NCBI RefSeq assembly: GCF_009914755.1
Contig: NC_060939.1
Direction: 5' to 3' (one strand)
Origin: the human T2T-CHM13v2.0 reference genome, Homo sapiens
DNA length: 64,000 nt
Every line of letters starts with the position of its first letter. Within the stretch, counting starts at the first letter, position 1. The position numbers and the translations under genes were made by a program. The notes beneath the pieces were generated by a model. That model was given only the letters and a program-made list of their open reading frames with translations, made no database searches and had not been told where the DNA came from. Shown one piece after another: positions 63,838-64,000 of this stretch.

Positions 63838-64000
63838 ATATTCTTTAGGAAAAAGATATTTAGAGGCTAAAATCTTGTCTTGTATTTGTGACACTATGAA
63901 GTAGTAAAGTTTTTTGGCAACGAAACATGCAAACCTTTGGATTTCGCTACAGAAACTTTTTTAAACCACTGACAAAAACATAAGACTTACATCTACTAAA

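Overview
Primate (almost certainly human) euchromatic DNA, roughly half interspersed repeats (Alu, L1, L2, MIR, LTRs). The right ~18 kb holds the 3' end of CEP152 (centrosomal protein 152) on the minus strand. I rebuilt seven coding exons with canonical AG/GT junctions and continuous phase (60656 down to the stop at 46437). They encode ...RNMAELSK...[14 protein letters not shown], followed by a ~300-nt 3'UTR with AATAAA. The left ~46 kb lies downstream of the gene; from recall this is the 15q21.1 interval towards FBN1. It contains a 5'-truncated processed pseudogene of OXR1 (TLDc domain, 33532-34547) and nested transposon fossils. I see no new multi-gene biological system. The most notable observations: (i) a HERV-H LTR7 U3-R fragment that appears to have been inserted by L1 machinery into a CEP152 intron (16-bp TSD, no U5, (CA)n in place of poly(A)); (ii) an OXR1 retrocopy whose frameshift brings a strong-Kozak ATG into frame with an otherwise open C-terminal TLDc ORF; (iii) CEP152 isoform switches (a symmetric 168-nt Cys-rich exon, a GMSK* read-through terminus, a C-terminal DSGFDS degron-like motif); (iv) an Alu+L1 composite inside one TSD and a short L1 3' transduction. 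Gene and repeat family names come from recall of known sequences, not database searches. Repeat boundaries without TSDs are approximate.
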